Shown here: one piece after another, positions 48,825 to 60,720 of the stretch | How the letters are laid out: every line of letters starts with the position of its first letter | Numbering within the stretch: the stretch's first letter is position 1 | Source: Gemmatimonadota bacterium | GTDB lineage: Bacteria; Latescibacterota; UBA2968; UBA8231 | Direction of reading: 5' to 3' | DNA length: 64,000 bases | Assembly (NCBI GenBank): GCA_038153405.1 | Contig: JAYOYH010000010.1 | Span: 22,751-86,750, forward strand | The notes under the pieces: model-generated | What the model was told of the DNA's origin: nothing | Databases searched by the model: none | Seen by the model: the letters and a program-made list of their open reading frames with translations, nothing else | Made by a program: the position numbers and the translations under genes

Positions 48825-49698
48825 GAAGCCGGTCTTGGGCAAGGGCATTAACGCCCTCATTCCCCAACACCCCGACAGCGGCAGTTCAGACGATAGCACC
48901 CGGCAGATCGTCTACATCAACGTAGACGAAATCGAGCCCAATCCCTTTCAGGCGCGCACCGAATTCAACCCCGAGCACATCGACGAGTTGATGCGTTCGA
49001 TACAGGAAAAGGGCGTGATACAGCCCATTGCGGTCAATCGCGTCGGCCAGAGCTATCACCTGATCGCCGGCGAACGCCGCTGGCGCGCCACGCGCCAAGC
49101 CGGTTTTGAGACCATTCCGGCCATCGTCCACGAAATCGAGTCGCAGCAAGACTTGATGGAGCTGTCGCTGATCGAGAATATTCAGCGCGAAAACCTGACG
49201 CCGGTAGAAGAGGCTGAGGGCTATAGGGCGCTGATGGATCGCTGTTTCCTCACCCAGGAACAGGTCGCGCAAAAAGTCGGCAAGAACCGCTCCACCGTAG
49301 CCAACCTGCTGCGCCTGCTCAATCTGCCGTTAGAAATCCAAGATTTTCTGCGCAATGGCCGCCTGCAAATGGGCCATGCCCGCGCCCTGCTCGGACTCGA
49401 CGAAGACGACGATCGCCTCGAACTAGCGCGCCGCGCGGCCGAGGAAAAGCTCACCGCGCGCGAAGTGGAGCGCGCCGTCAACGCGCGGCGCAGCGGGCGC
49501 GACAAAAAGAAGAAGGGCAAGGTCGAATCGCGCGACGCCGATCCGCTACTTCGCGATCAGGAAGAGCGCCTGCAGCACCGCTTTGGCACGGCCATTCACA
49601 TCCGGCGCAGCGGCAACAGAGGGCGCATAGAAATCGAGTTCTACGACGACGGTGACTTGGATCGCATTCTCGAGCTTTTACACGACGAAGGCGAATGA
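48817..49698 (+). CDS. parB: Chromosome-partitioning protein ParB/Spo0J
   Basis: The ParB box GERRWRA and HTH region are present. The C-terminal dimerisation domain reads [19 protein letters not shown]. It overlaps parA by 8 nt. Confidence 0.9.
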   Translation: MGKKPVLGKGINALIPQHPDSGSSDDSTRQIVYINVDEIEPNPFQARTEFNPEHIDELMRSIQEKGVIQPIAVNRVGQSYHLIAGERRWRATRQAGFETIPAIVHEIESQQDLMELSLIENIQRENLTPVEEAEGYRALMDRCFLTQEQVAQKVGKNRSTVANLLRLLNLPLEIQDFLRNGRLQMGHARALLGLDEDDDRLELARRAAEEKLTAREVERAVNARRSGRDKKKKGKVESRDADPLLRDQEERLQHRFGTAIHIRRSGNRGRIEIEFYDDGDLDRILELLHDEGE

Positions 49699-51110
49699 TT
49701 CGCAACGCCCTCCTGGCGCTCCTCCCCATCCTTAGCGCCTGCAGCCTCGTACACCAAGATTCACCCAACGAAGCGCCCGTAGTTGAAATGGCTCGCTTTG
49801 TCTGCATTGGCGCTTTTGGACAGCGGGATACGCTGTCCATGGGCGAGACCTGCCTGATTCGCCGCGGCGGCGAAGTCGAGCTCAGCGCCTTTGCCACGGA
49901 CGAAGACGACGATCCCTTATTCTATCACTGGACCTCTTTCGGCGCCGGCAGTTTCCGCGATTCGCTGGCGGCGCAAACGTCTTGGTTTGCACCGCAGACG
50001 CTCGAGAGTAACTCGGAGATCTTTCTCATACAGGCCAGCATATCCGACCGCGACTGCAGCGCCGTCGCACTTGAAGAAGACCGCCAAACCTGCCTGAGCG
50101 ATGCCTCTACCCAGCTCGTCTCGTTCCTCGTCAACGTCGTCCAACGCCCCCCCGTACTAAGCGCCATCGGCGATACGACGGTTTTTTTTAACACGCCCCA
50201 AGTAACCATCGATGCGCTCGCCTCGGATCTCGATGGGGATGCGCTGACCTACGAGTGGCAGCAGCTCGACGACCATCCGGCTCTCACTATTTCCAACACG
50301 CCCATAACGGACGAAGAAGGCGATAAGCCCCTCGGCGCGCGCGGGTCGTTTATTCCGCTCTTTCCCGGTCAGTACCAGCTGCGCATTACCGTCAGCGACG
50401 GTGAACTTGTAGCAGAGCAAGACGTGAGCGTAAATGTGGTACTCGACGAAGAGCCGCCCGACGGCGGCATGGTGCGCCTAGAATTGCCCCTACTCGACGG
50501 CACGATATATAGCTATGAGATGGACGTATACGAATATCCCAATCGCAGGGGCGAACAGCCGCAGCAAGCCACTTGGTTTGAAGCGGCCGTGCTCTGCGCG
50601 GCCGAGGGCAAGCGCCTATGCGATCCGACGGAATGGGAGTTCACGTGTAAAGGCAGCCAACAAAAGGCCTATTCGTCGCTAGACGATCCGGCCGACCTAG
50701 ATCAGCTGGTCAATTTTGGCCTGCGCTTCTGCAACACGGAGCGTTCATACCACAGCACGCTCGACGCCAACAACAATTTCGAAAATGAGATTGCCGACTC
50801 GGGCAGCTATCCAAACTGCCATTCCGGCAACGGCGTATACGACCTGACGGGGAATCTGCGCGAGTGGACAGGTAATTTGAGCGTGTTTGGCGATTGGATA
50901 GCGCGCAGCAGTCGCAGCAGCCTAATCTTGGACGAGCCGGGTGTGGGCGCTACGTGCGAATCGCTGGAGCTCTTTGCGTTTTCTTTCCTGCAGGGGCAAG
51001 ACTTCGACTTTTCCAATGCGCCCTCTATCCAACAGTTTGTCGATGGAATTAGCGCATTTGACCGACAGAGCTTGGAGCAACCCATAACGGGCTTTCGCTG
51101 CTGTCGTTAG
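49695..51110 (+). CDS. Lipoprotein with He_PIG/Ig-like repeats and a C-terminal FGE-sulfatase (SUMF1-like) domain; GldJ/GldK-like
   Basis: Lipobox LPILSAC. The repeats are DEDDDPLFYHW and DLDGDALTYEW. The FGE-sulfatase blocks are RLCDPTEWEFTCKG, PNCHSGNGVYDLTGNLREWTGN and the C-terminal GFRCCR. The start overlaps the parB stop (ATGA). Confidence 0.6.
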   Translation: MIRNALLALLPILSACSLVHQDSPNEAPVVEMARFVCIGAFGQRDTLSMGETCLIRRGGEVELSAFATDEDDDPLFYHWTSFGAGSFRDSLAAQTSWFAPQTLESNSEIFLIQASISDRDCSAVALEEDRQTCLSDASTQLVSFLVNVVQRPPVLSAIGDTTVFFNTPQVTIDALASDLDGDALTYEWQQLDDHPALTISNTPITDEEGDKPLGARGSFIPLFPGQYQLRITVSDGELVAEQDVSVNVVLDEEPPDGGMVRLELPLLDGTIYSYEMDVYEYPNRRGEQPQQATWFEAAVLCAAEGKRLCDPTEWEFTCKGSQQKAYSSLDDPADLDQLVNFGLRFCNTERSYHSTLDANNNFENEIADSGSYPNCHSGNGVYDLTGNLREWTGNLSVFGDWIARSSRSSLILDEPGVGATCESLELFAFSFLQGQDFDFSNAPSIQQFVDGISAFDRQSLEQPITGFRCCR

Positions 51111-51490
51111 GCGGCGACCTCCATCTCATCCGCGTCGACTACCTCTTCCAATACGGGCATCTCTAACGCCGGTGCGACCACGGCCCTAGGCGAACGACGG
51201 CGCGGAGCAGCAGCCTCGGCCAGCTGGCGCACGCGCAGCAACCGCTCCTCCTCTTGCTGGCGCCTCACCACCGCATGCGTTCGCTGCGAGCGCACCTGAG
51301 ACAGCGCGCGCCGCACCACAACTTTCTCGCTTTCCAACCCGTCCAGCTGTATGGATAGCGAGTGGACCAAGCGCTCCTGGCTGCGCACGTGGTCCAACAA
51401 GCCGCGGACCTGAAAGGCAATGGCATACTTGATGACGACTGGAATAGCTAAAAAAAGGGCTGATAATAAGATAAAACCCACTTCACTCAT
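51107..51490 (-). CDS. Small single-pass membrane protein with coiled coil (FtsB/DivIC-like?)
   Basis: The start is taken at MSEVGFILLSALFLAIPVVIKY (TM helix), followed by a heptad-like segment. The C-terminal Arg-rich part may be unreliable. Confidence 0.3.
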   Translation of the reverse strand: MSEVGFILLSALFLAIPVVIKYAIAFQVRGLLDHVRSQERLVHSLSIQLDGLESEKVVVRRALSQVRSQRTHAVVRRQQEEERLLRVRQLAEAAAPRRRSPRAVVAPALEMPVLEEVVDADEMEVAA

Positions 51491-51662
51491 CGAGCATCGC
51501 TCCTCAAACACAAAGGGTCTGCTCTTGTTAAGCAACCGCTATGCCATTGACTTTGACCTGTACTAATTCTATTTTTATCAATATGTTACACTATAAGTAG
51601 ACCAGCGTTAACTCGCTTCGCAACGAGCAATTTCTTCCCCTCATACTGCAAAACGCGCACTC

Positions 51663-52421
51663 ATGGACCCCGAATCACTTCGCACGCTCTTAGAACGCGT
51701 TGCCCAAGGCACGCTGCCCCCCGAGGAAGCCCTCGAACACCTTCGCGACCTACCTTTTGAAAACTTAGGTTTTGCGCACGTCGACCATCACCGCGCGCTG
51801 CGCACCGGGCACCCGGAGGTCATTTTTTGTCAGGGAAAGACGAGCGAGCAAATCGTCGCGATCGCCGAACGGCTCGTCGAACGCCAATCGCAGGTGCTGG
51901 CCACGCGCATTGTGCCAGACGCCGCCGCCGCCCTGTGTGAGCGCTATCCACAAACGCAGCACGACGAAATCGCGCGGACCGCGCTTATTCCCGGCCCGCA
52001 GACGCCCGGCCAGCGAGGACTGGTGCTAATCGTTTGCGCCGGCACGTCCGACCTGCCGGTGGCGCGCGAGGCGGAAATCACGGCGCGTGCCATGGGCGCA
52101 CACGTTGAATCCATCGTCGACGTCGGCGTCGCCGGCATCCATCGCCTGCTGGCCTATCGCGATCGCCTGCACACGGCCAAGGTGATCGTCGTCGTCGCTG
52201 GAATGGAAGGCGCGCTGGCCAGCGTGGTGGGGGGCCTCGTCGATGTGCCGGTCGTAGCCGTGCCCACCAGCGTGGGCTACGGCGCCAGTTTCAACGGCCT
52301 ATCAGCCCTGCTTACCATGCTCAACTCCTGCGCCTCTGGAGTTACCGTTGTCAATATTGACAATGGATTTGGCGCCGGTTACAGCGCGGCCCTTATCAAC
52401 AACCAGAGCAGCGCAGCATAG
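51663..52421 (+). CDS. larB: LarB (nickel-pincer cofactor biosynthesis, PurE-like pyridinium-3,5-biscarboxylic acid mononucleotide synthase)
   Basis: 252 aa. The N-terminal extension carries LRDLPFENLGFAHVDHHRALRTGHPEVIFCQGKT. The PurE-like core reads LVLIVCAGTSDLPVAREA...VIVVVAGMEGALASVVGGLVDVPVVAVPTSVGYG. Confidence 0.75.
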   Translation: MDPESLRTLLERVAQGTLPPEEALEHLRDLPFENLGFAHVDHHRALRTGHPEVIFCQGKTSEQIVAIAERLVERQSQVLATRIVPDAAAALCERYPQTQHDEIARTALIPGPQTPGQRGLVLIVCAGTSDLPVAREAEITARAMGAHVESIVDVGVAGIHRLLAYRDRLHTAKVIVVVAGMEGALASVVGGLVDVPVVAVPTSVGYGASFNGLSALLTMLNSCASGVTVVNIDNGFGAGYSAALINNQSSAA

Positions 52422-52425
52422 GCCC

Positions 52426-53052
52426 ATGTCGGCGGCACTGACCGTTGCCATTCTGGCCGGCGGGCGCAGTCGCCGCATGGGATGCGATAAGGCACTCCTG
52501 CGCGTTGGCGGCGTACCCATGCTGCAGCGCGTCATCCACGCCGCCCGTTCCCTTGGCGATCAGCAGATCATCGTTAGCAACGATTCCGAGGCACACGCTC
52601 CATTTGGCTGGCCGCTCTGGCCCGATGCCTTTCCCGATGCAGGTCCACTCGGCGGCCTGGCCACAGCCCTGCGCCACGCCGACACTCCCCATCTTCTGCT
52701 CCTAGCGTGCGACATGCCTTTTCTCACTCCTGGCCTGCTGCACTACCTAGTCGACCAAGCCGGAGCACACGAGGCCGTCGTACCCGATAGCGACGACGGT
52801 CTACAGCCGCTATGCGCCGTCTACGCGCGCTCCATCGCATCTCAGGTCGAAGCATCTATCGCGGCGGGACGACTCGGCATGCGCGCTCTCGTTGCCCAGC
52901 TCGATGCGCGCATTATTCCCGCGCGCCAATGGCAGGTCTTTGCCGAGAGAGCAAACCCCTTTGCCAACCTCAACACGCCCGAAGAGTATCGCCAGGAGAA
53001 CGAAAAAAGCCCCCGCTTTTTGCCGCGAGAGCTTGGAGAGGGAACAGGGTGA
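52426..53052 (+). CDS. mobA: MobA-like nucleotidyltransferase (molybdenum cofactor guanylyltransferase family)
   Basis: The start is adjusted to MSAALTVAILAGGRSRRMGCDKAL (LAGGxSxRMGxDK signature). The gene encodes 208 aa and starts 4 nt after the larB stop. Confidence 0.7.
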   Translation: MSAALTVAILAGGRSRRMGCDKALLRVGGVPMLQRVIHAARSLGDQQIIVSNDSEAHAPFGWPLWPDAFPDAGPLGGLATALRHADTPHLLLLACDMPFLTPGLLHYLVDQAGAHEAVVPDSDDGLQPLCAVYARSIASQVEASIAAGRLGMRALVAQLDARIIPARQWQVFAERANPFANLNTPEEYRQENEKSPRFLPRELGEGTG

Positions 53053-53064
53053 GGTGGGGCCGCG

Positions 53065-53952
53065 TTAAAACCCCGCGTCGAACACGCTGAGTACCAACAG
53101 CAGCGGCAAGTAGATCACCGAAGCCTGTAGCAAGCGCCGCGCACTGAGCGCCGAGCGCGAGAGAGCCAGGCCAATCCCCGCGGCCAGAAAGCCCAGACCG
53201 AGTACAATGGCACCCACCATATACACGGTGCCCATAAGACCCAACCACGTCGGCAGCACCGAGACGGCTAACAGCATCAGCGAAAAGAGAATAACCTGTC
53301 GGCAGGTGCGCCGCCCGTCCTCTTCTACGACCGGCAGCATTTTGAACCCACCGCGCGCGTAGTCCTCGCGGAACATCCAGGCGATTGCGTAAAAATGCGG
53401 ATGTTGCCAGGCAAATAAGATGAGGAAAAACACCCAAGCGCCGGTCTCCAACTCGCCCGTCGCAGCCGTCCAGCCCCCAACGGGCGGCAGTGCACCGGGA
53501 ATGGCGCCCAGCGACGTATTGAGCCAACTGAGGCGTTTCATCGGGGTGTAAATAACGACGTAGAGAAAGGCCGAAAGCAGGGCGAGAAAAGCCGTCAACA
53601 AGCCGGCAAATAACAGCAGTATACACACGCCGACAAGCACTAGCACAAAGCCGTACGACATGGCCGCTGCAGGCCGAATCAACCCGGCGGGAAGCGGACG
53701 ATTTCGCGTGCGCACCATCAGGCGATCGACGTCGCGCTCGAGGTAGTGGTTGAGTACGGCCGATCCGCCAACCGCAAACGCCGTTCCCAGCAGGGTGAAA
53801 AAGAGCAATTTATAGGAGTGTATGCCCTGCCCGCCGACAAAGAATCCCAGCGCACAGGTGACGAGCACCATGAAAATAATGCGCGGCTTTGTCAGCTCCC
53901 AGTAGGCGCCCCACGGGATGGCCGAACGCTGTTTATCGGACGTGTTTTCCAT
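53065..53952 (-). CDS. ctaB: Protoheme IX farnesyltransferase (heme O synthase, UbiA family)
   Basis: The N-terminus is YWELTKPRIIFMVLVT. It has about 8 TM helices. UbiA aspartate-rich motifs (NHYLERDVDRLM) are present. Confidence 0.85.
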   Translation of the reverse strand: MENTSDKQRSAIPWGAYWELTKPRIIFMVLVTCALGFFVGGQGIHSYKLLFFTLLGTAFAVGGSAVLNHYLERDVDRLMVRTRNRPLPAGLIRPAAAMSYGFVLVLVGVCILLLFAGLLTAFLALLSAFLYVVIYTPMKRLSWLNTSLGAIPGALPPVGGWTAATGELETGAWVFFLILFAWQHPHFYAIAWMFREDYARGGFKMLPVVEEDGRRTCRQVILFSLMLLAVSVLPTWLGLMGTVYMVGAIVLGLGFLAAGIGLALSRSALSARRLLQASVIYLPLLLVLSVFDAGF

Positions 53953-53962
53953 TGTATACTAA

Positions 53963-56089
<2,127 letters not shown>

Positions 56090-56094
56090 CGAAA

Positions 56095-56415
56095 CTACTT
56101 ATTCTCTTCCATCTGCTTTTTTAATTCGTCGGCGCCTTTTTTCAACAGAACCTTGCCGACTTCTATTGCTCCCTTGCCGTACTCGGCCGCTTTGCGCTTG
56201 AGCAATTCGGTCCGCACGTCGAGGTCGCTGACCGCTTCGCTATGCGTCCAGTAGAGGCCAACGGCCAGTACAAGCGCCAGCATCACCGCGACGCGCAAAA
56301 CCATGCGAATCAGACTGGCCAAAAATAGGATGGCCAGTGCGACCAGCAAGAGCGCCACCAGCGGATGTGTTTCCAAGTAAATAAACAGTGCGTCGATAGA
56401 AGCGTCTTCGCCCAT
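56095..56415 (-). CDS. Small membrane protein (106 aa), two TM helices plus Lys-rich amphipathic C-tail
   Basis: LVALLLVALAILFLASLIRMVL and AVMLALVLAVGLYW are the hydrophobic segments. It lies 4 nt from the M20 peptidase gene on the same strand. Confidence 0.45.
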   Translation of the reverse strand: MGEDASIDALFIYLETHPLVALLLVALAILFLASLIRMVLRVAVMLALVLAVGLYWTHSEAVSDLDVRTELLKRKAAEYGKGAIEVGKVLLKKGADELKKQMEENK

Positions 56416-56419
56416 TGCG

Positions 56420-57772
56420 CTATCCTCCTATATCTAGGCCATTGAGTCGAGCCACCGCATCGGCCAGGACCTGTACTCCAAATAGCACATTGGCCTCCGA
56501 TACGCGCTCGTCGTGTCCGTGACACAGATCAAAAAACTCCAGACCGCGTTCCCAGCGCATCGGCACAAAGCCGTATACGACCATATCAAAATCGACGAGA
56601 AAGCGCGCATCGGTGCCCCCCGTTTGCATATAGGGAACGGCAATGCCATTCGGCTCGAAGCGCTGTAGAGCACAGGCCAGGGCATCAAAGAGCGGCGTCC
56701 GGTGGTCGAACTCGACTCCCGGGCGAAAAGAGTGCATTGCATAGCGCAGATCGCTTCCGGCCAGCGCCTCTACTTCGGTTAAGAACTCGACCTCGCTCAC
56801 ACCCGGCAGCGGCCGACCGCTCAGCTGCACCGTCGCCTGCGAGGGGATCACATTGCGCTTGACACCGGCCTCGAGCACGGTCGGCGCACAGGTGTTGCGC
56901 ACCATGGCGTCAAACATGCCGCGCGCCGCCGCGTTGATCGGCAGCTGGGCCAGCGCAGCGTCGCAGCGCTGAGCGTCCAACAGCGCCCGCAGGTTTTCGG
57001 CAACCTGTGCGTCGCCTTGCGCATCGGCGGCGCATTCAAAAAAAGCGCGCACGCTGGGCGGCGGGCGATGCGGCATCTTACCTCCGGCCATTGCAGCCAG
57101 CGCAGCGGCCAGGTGGAAAATGGCATTGTCGTCGTGTGGAACCGAGGAATGCCCCGGCCGACCGGCGGCCACCAAATCGAGATTGGCCGACCCCTTCTCT
57201 CCCACCTGCACGGTATAGAGAAATTGATCGCCCACCGGAATGGCAAAACCACCCGCTTCGTTGATGCCAAACTCGGCGTCAAAAAGCTGTGGATGTTCGC
57301 GCACCAACCACTCGACGCCGCAGTGACCGCCAAACTCTTCATCCGCCGCCGCCACCAGGACGATATCCCGTTTGAGGGGCAGGTCCAAGCGCTTTGCCAG
57401 CGAGACGATCTGCATATGCAGCGCACCGGTCAGCTTCGAATCAATGGCACCGCGCCCCCAAACAAAGCCTTCCGAGCGCATCCCGGCAAAGGGAGGATAG
57501 CGCCATTTATCGGGCTCGGCCGGCACCACGTCCAAATGCGATAACAGCAACAGGGGACGTTGGCTGCCGTTCCCGCGCAGGCGCACCACTAAATTGCCGC
57601 GCTTTTCCGCCGATACCAGCACGTCGCTTTCTACCCCCCACGACGTCGCCTCGGCCGCTAGGTCGCGCGCCAGAGCCAACTCATCCCCCGGCGGATTCAC
57701 CGTATTAAAGCGCAGCATACGCCCCAGGCGCTCCAGCGCTTCTTCTCCTTCTGCATGCCAATCAATGTGCAT
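56420..57772 (-). CDS. M20-family metallopeptidase (ArgE/DapE/ACY1-like amidohydrolase)
   Basis: LSHLDVVPA is the His/Asp metal site. The GRGAIDSK motif and AADEEFGG are present. The gene encodes 450 aa. Confidence 0.75.
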   Translation of the reverse strand: MHIDWHAEGEEALERLGRMLRFNTVNPPGDELALARDLAAEATSWGVESDVLVSAEKRGNLVVRLRGNGSQRPLLLLSHLDVVPAEPDKWRYPPFAGMRSEGFVWGRGAIDSKLTGALHMQIVSLAKRLDLPLKRDIVLVAAADEEFGGHCGVEWLVREHPQLFDAEFGINEAGGFAIPVGDQFLYTVQVGEKGSANLDLVAAGRPGHSSVPHDDNAIFHLAAALAAMAGGKMPHRPPPSVRAFFECAADAQGDAQVAENLRALLDAQRCDAALAQLPINAAARGMFDAMVRNTCAPTVLEAGVKRNVIPSQATVQLSGRPLPGVSEVEFLTEVEALAGSDLRYAMHSFRPGVEFDHRTPLFDALACALQRFEPNGIAVPYMQTGGTDARFLVDFDMVVYGFVPMRWERGLEFFDLCHGHDERVSEANVLFGVQVLADAVARLNGLDIGG

Positions 57773-57775
57773 AAT

Positions 57776-59206
57776 TCAAGCCAGCGTAGTAAAGGACCAG
57801 TCGTCCAACGGCAGCATGGCCGCGCTATCGACCTGTGCGCCTACGCCCAACCCCGGGCACTGTAGCGAGCCGATGGCAATATGACCGCCCGAAATGGACA
57901 GCGCGGCCAACCCGCCGTCCTCGGCATACATATCGCCATGCACGCGCAGGCAGTCGGCGCGCTCGCTTTCCGACAAATGTGCCAGTCCGCGCACGTAGTG
58001 ATGCCCGTTGCGCTCGGCGTGACCAATGCCAAGCGCCGCCAGATGCGCCAGATCCTGATGGAGCGGCACGACGGGCAGATTCATCAGGTCTTCACCCGTC
58101 AGAAAATAGCGCGAAGGATCGCGCGACGCGGCCAGCGCCGCATTGGCTATGGCCTTTACCAATCCCTTGCACGCTTTTGACGATACACCGCAATAGCCCA
58201 GTTCCATAGCCCGCACAAACGTATCCAAATCGCCGTCCGATTCGTCTACGAGCATAGGTTTACGCGCGGCAGCGGCACCGATGCCGCGCTTGAGCGCAGG
58301 GTCCAGGGCCACGCTGCGCTCAAGCGGCTGCTCGATATAGAGAATGCGCGACCAAAATGCCGGCAGCTGCTCTTCTACATAGTCCAACAGTGCCGAAAAA
58401 TCGTCCATATCGCCATACTGTTCATTGCCGTCCAGCGTCACGCCGTAGTCGCCCGCACGCGCATCGAGCAGCGCGGCGATGGCATTTAGGCGGTCGCGAT
58501 CAGCAGGCAGATCGCCGTTGACTTTGATCTTAAATAGGGCGATCTGCTGCCGTGCAATGTACTCCTCCAGTGCCTGCGGCAGGCCATCGTCTAGCCCAAC
58601 AGCGCTATCGCCGCAATAGATCGGATCGGCCAACCCCACTGTATGGCGCACGGCAATCGCTTTTAGCGGTGCGGCGGCCAGCGCCGCACGCGGCGCAAAG
58701 CCGGCCAGTTCCGCGTGTATCGATCCCAGGTCTAATGCAAGCCCGTTGTCGCGCACCAGCTCAAAGTAGCTCAGGCCCAAGGCGCGACCGCATGCATCGA
58801 TCAGTGCGCGCTCCATCAACGTGCTTCCGTGCGCCGCGGTCAAGTGATTCAACCCGCGCTCGTCACCAGCGCTCAGCGTCGCCGCATAGCCCTCGCGCCA
58901 GATGGAGAAGAAGTCGCGCGGCGAACGGCTCGCTTCGCTGTATGCGCGGGCGGCAGCGCGCGCGCTAAAGAGCAAGTCATTTACGTTGTCCTCATATCCT
59001 TTTTCAGGATCTTTGTCGAACCACTTGGGAGGTAGAATATCGGCAGCCACCCCGCGCGCGGATCGCCCTTCCACCGTCCCCTCTACTATGGCGTGTAAAA
59101 TGGGCACTGATGTGAGCGAAGCCACCCCGTATTTGAAGGGCATGCGCGTGCGCACGTTGCGCATATAGAAGCGTACCTCATCGACCGTTATGCGCGCTGC
59201 GCTCAC
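57776..59206 (-). CDS. Enolase-superfamily (MLE-subgroup-like) protein with extended N-terminal domain, paralog B (476 aa)
   Basis: KIKVNGD (KxK), LDGNEQY (metal Asp), YIEQPL (metal Glu), VDESDGD (metal Asp) and VSSKACKGL (second catalytic Lys) are present. Confidence 0.6.
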   Translation of the reverse strand: MSAARITVDEVRFYMRNVRTRMPFKYGVASLTSVPILHAIVEGTVEGRSARGVAADILPPKWFDKDPEKGYEDNVNDLLFSARAAARAYSEASRSPRDFFSIWREGYAATLSAGDERGLNHLTAAHGSTLMERALIDACGRALGLSYFELVRDNGLALDLGSIHAELAGFAPRAALAAAPLKAIAVRHTVGLADPIYCGDSAVGLDDGLPQALEEYIARQQIALFKIKVNGDLPADRDRLNAIAALLDARAGDYGVTLDGNEQYGDMDDFSALLDYVEEQLPAFWSRILYIEQPLERSVALDPALKRGIGAAAARKPMLVDESDGDLDTFVRAMELGYCGVSSKACKGLVKAIANAALAASRDPSRYFLTGEDLMNLPVVPLHQDLAHLAALGIGHAERNGHHYVRGLAHLSESERADCLRVHGDMYAEDGGLAALSISGGHIAIGSLQCPGLGVGAQVDSAAMLPLDDWSFTTLA

Positions 59207-60666
59207 GTATTGCCCTCCACGAGTTGGTCCATCTGCCAGCTATCCAAAGGGGTCATTGCCTCCATATCAACCGCTTCGCCGCCACCCAAGCCCGGACGCT
59301 GCAGCGAGCGAATATCGATTTGACCGCTTTCAATGGCCAGCGTGAGCACATCGCCCGTATCCCTATAGAGCGTTGGGTGCTCGTCGCGACACTGCGCTCT
59401 CTCGCGTTCTGAAAGGTGGTCCAATCCACGCACGTAGTGGTGACCATTGCGCTCCACGTGGGCAATGCCCAGCGCCGCTACGTGCGTCAGGTCTTGGTGC
59501 AGTCCGACTACCGGTATATTGGTCAGGTCTTCTGCGCTCATAAAGTAGCGTCCGCTGCCATCGTCGAGATGGCGCACTAGGGCCGCATTAGCCAGCGCCT
59601 TTATCAACCCCTTGCACGCCTTGGACGACACCCCGCGATAGCCCAATTCAACCGCGCGCTTAAACGCGTGTATCTCTCCATCTGACTCGTCGATGAGCAT
59701 CGGCTTGCGCGCTGAGACCTGTTCGATGAGAGGCGCCAGTTCAGGCGCGAGCGCCACGGCTCGATCAAGGGGTTGTTCGATGTAGAGGAGCGACGCGTAC
59801 AGGCTGGGAAGCTCGCGTTCGACGCGCTCCAACAGTCCGACGAGAGCATCCATATCGCCGTACTGCTCGTTGCCGTCCAGCGTCGTCCAATAGCCATCGC
59901 CACAGCATTCGTCGAGCAAGGCGGCAATAGAAGCTAAACGCTCGAAGTCGGCGCGTGCATCCCCGCCGATCTTGATCTTCAGATAGCGAATTCCCTGCGT
60001 TTCGACGTATTCCTCAAGGGACTGGGGCAGGCCGTCGGCCAGCGCATCTTGTGGATCTATATCGCCGCGACGAATGGGATCGACAAGCCCCACCGTATGG
60101 CGCACCGACAGCGATTGGAGCGGCGCGGCAGCAAGGGCACGTCCCACCGGCATCGCTTCCAACTCCTCGTGCACGGCGCCCAGCTCAATGCCCAATGCAC
60201 CGGAGAGCAGCAGCTGGTGGTAACTCAAGCCGCTGCCCGCGCCAATCGCATCAATTAGCGCGCGCTCCTGAAGCGAGGGGCCGTTGGAAGCAAGTAGGCT
60301 ATTGAGGCCGCGCTGCGCGCCCCATTCGGCACCCGCCTGACAGCCCTGCTGCCATATGGCAAACGCGCTGTCGGCGCGCTGACCTAACTGCCGATAGACA
60401 GCGGCGGCGGCGCGGGCACAGTCCAACAAATCGCCGACATTCTCCTCGTAGGGTTTGTTCGGATCCTTATCAAACCACTTGGGTGCTAGCATATCGGCAG
60501 CCCAGCCCACGGCGCGCTGTCCGTTGGCCAGCTCCACTTCCATGCGCACGTGCAGCACGGCTGACGCCCTCAGCGTCACGGCGCCGAAGCGGAAGGGCAT
60601 TCGCATCGGCGCATTGCGCACGAAAAATGCCACGTCGCAAACAGTTGCTTTTAATACATCGCTCAT
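59203..60666 (-). CDS. Enolase-superfamily (MLE-subgroup-like) protein with extended N-terminal domain, paralog A (487 aa)
   Basis: KIKIGGD, LDGNEQY, YIEQPL, IDESDGE and VSSKACKGL are collinear with paralog B, at roughly half identity. It overlaps paralog B by 4 nt. Confidence 0.6.
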   Translation of the reverse strand: MSDVLKATVCDVAFFVRNAPMRMPFRFGAVTLRASAVLHVRMEVELANGQRAVGWAADMLAPKWFDKDPNKPYEENVGDLLDCARAAAAVYRQLGQRADSAFAIWQQGCQAGAEWGAQRGLNSLLASNGPSLQERALIDAIGAGSGLSYHQLLLSGALGIELGAVHEELEAMPVGRALAAAPLQSLSVRHTVGLVDPIRRGDIDPQDALADGLPQSLEEYVETQGIRYLKIKIGGDARADFERLASIAALLDECCGDGYWTTLDGNEQYGDMDALVGLLERVERELPSLYASLLYIEQPLDRAVALAPELAPLIEQVSARKPMLIDESDGEIHAFKRAVELGYRGVSSKACKGLIKALANAALVRHLDDGSGRYFMSAEDLTNIPVVGLHQDLTHVAALGIAHVERNGHHYVRGLDHLSERERAQCRDEHPTLYRDTGDVLTLAIESGQIDIRSLQRPGLGGGEAVDMEAMTPLDSWQMDQLVEGNT

Positions 60667-60720
60667 TGAGTCACTCCTCGATACGGACAGTCTATATCAT
60701 GGCGCGCACCGATGCAAGCA

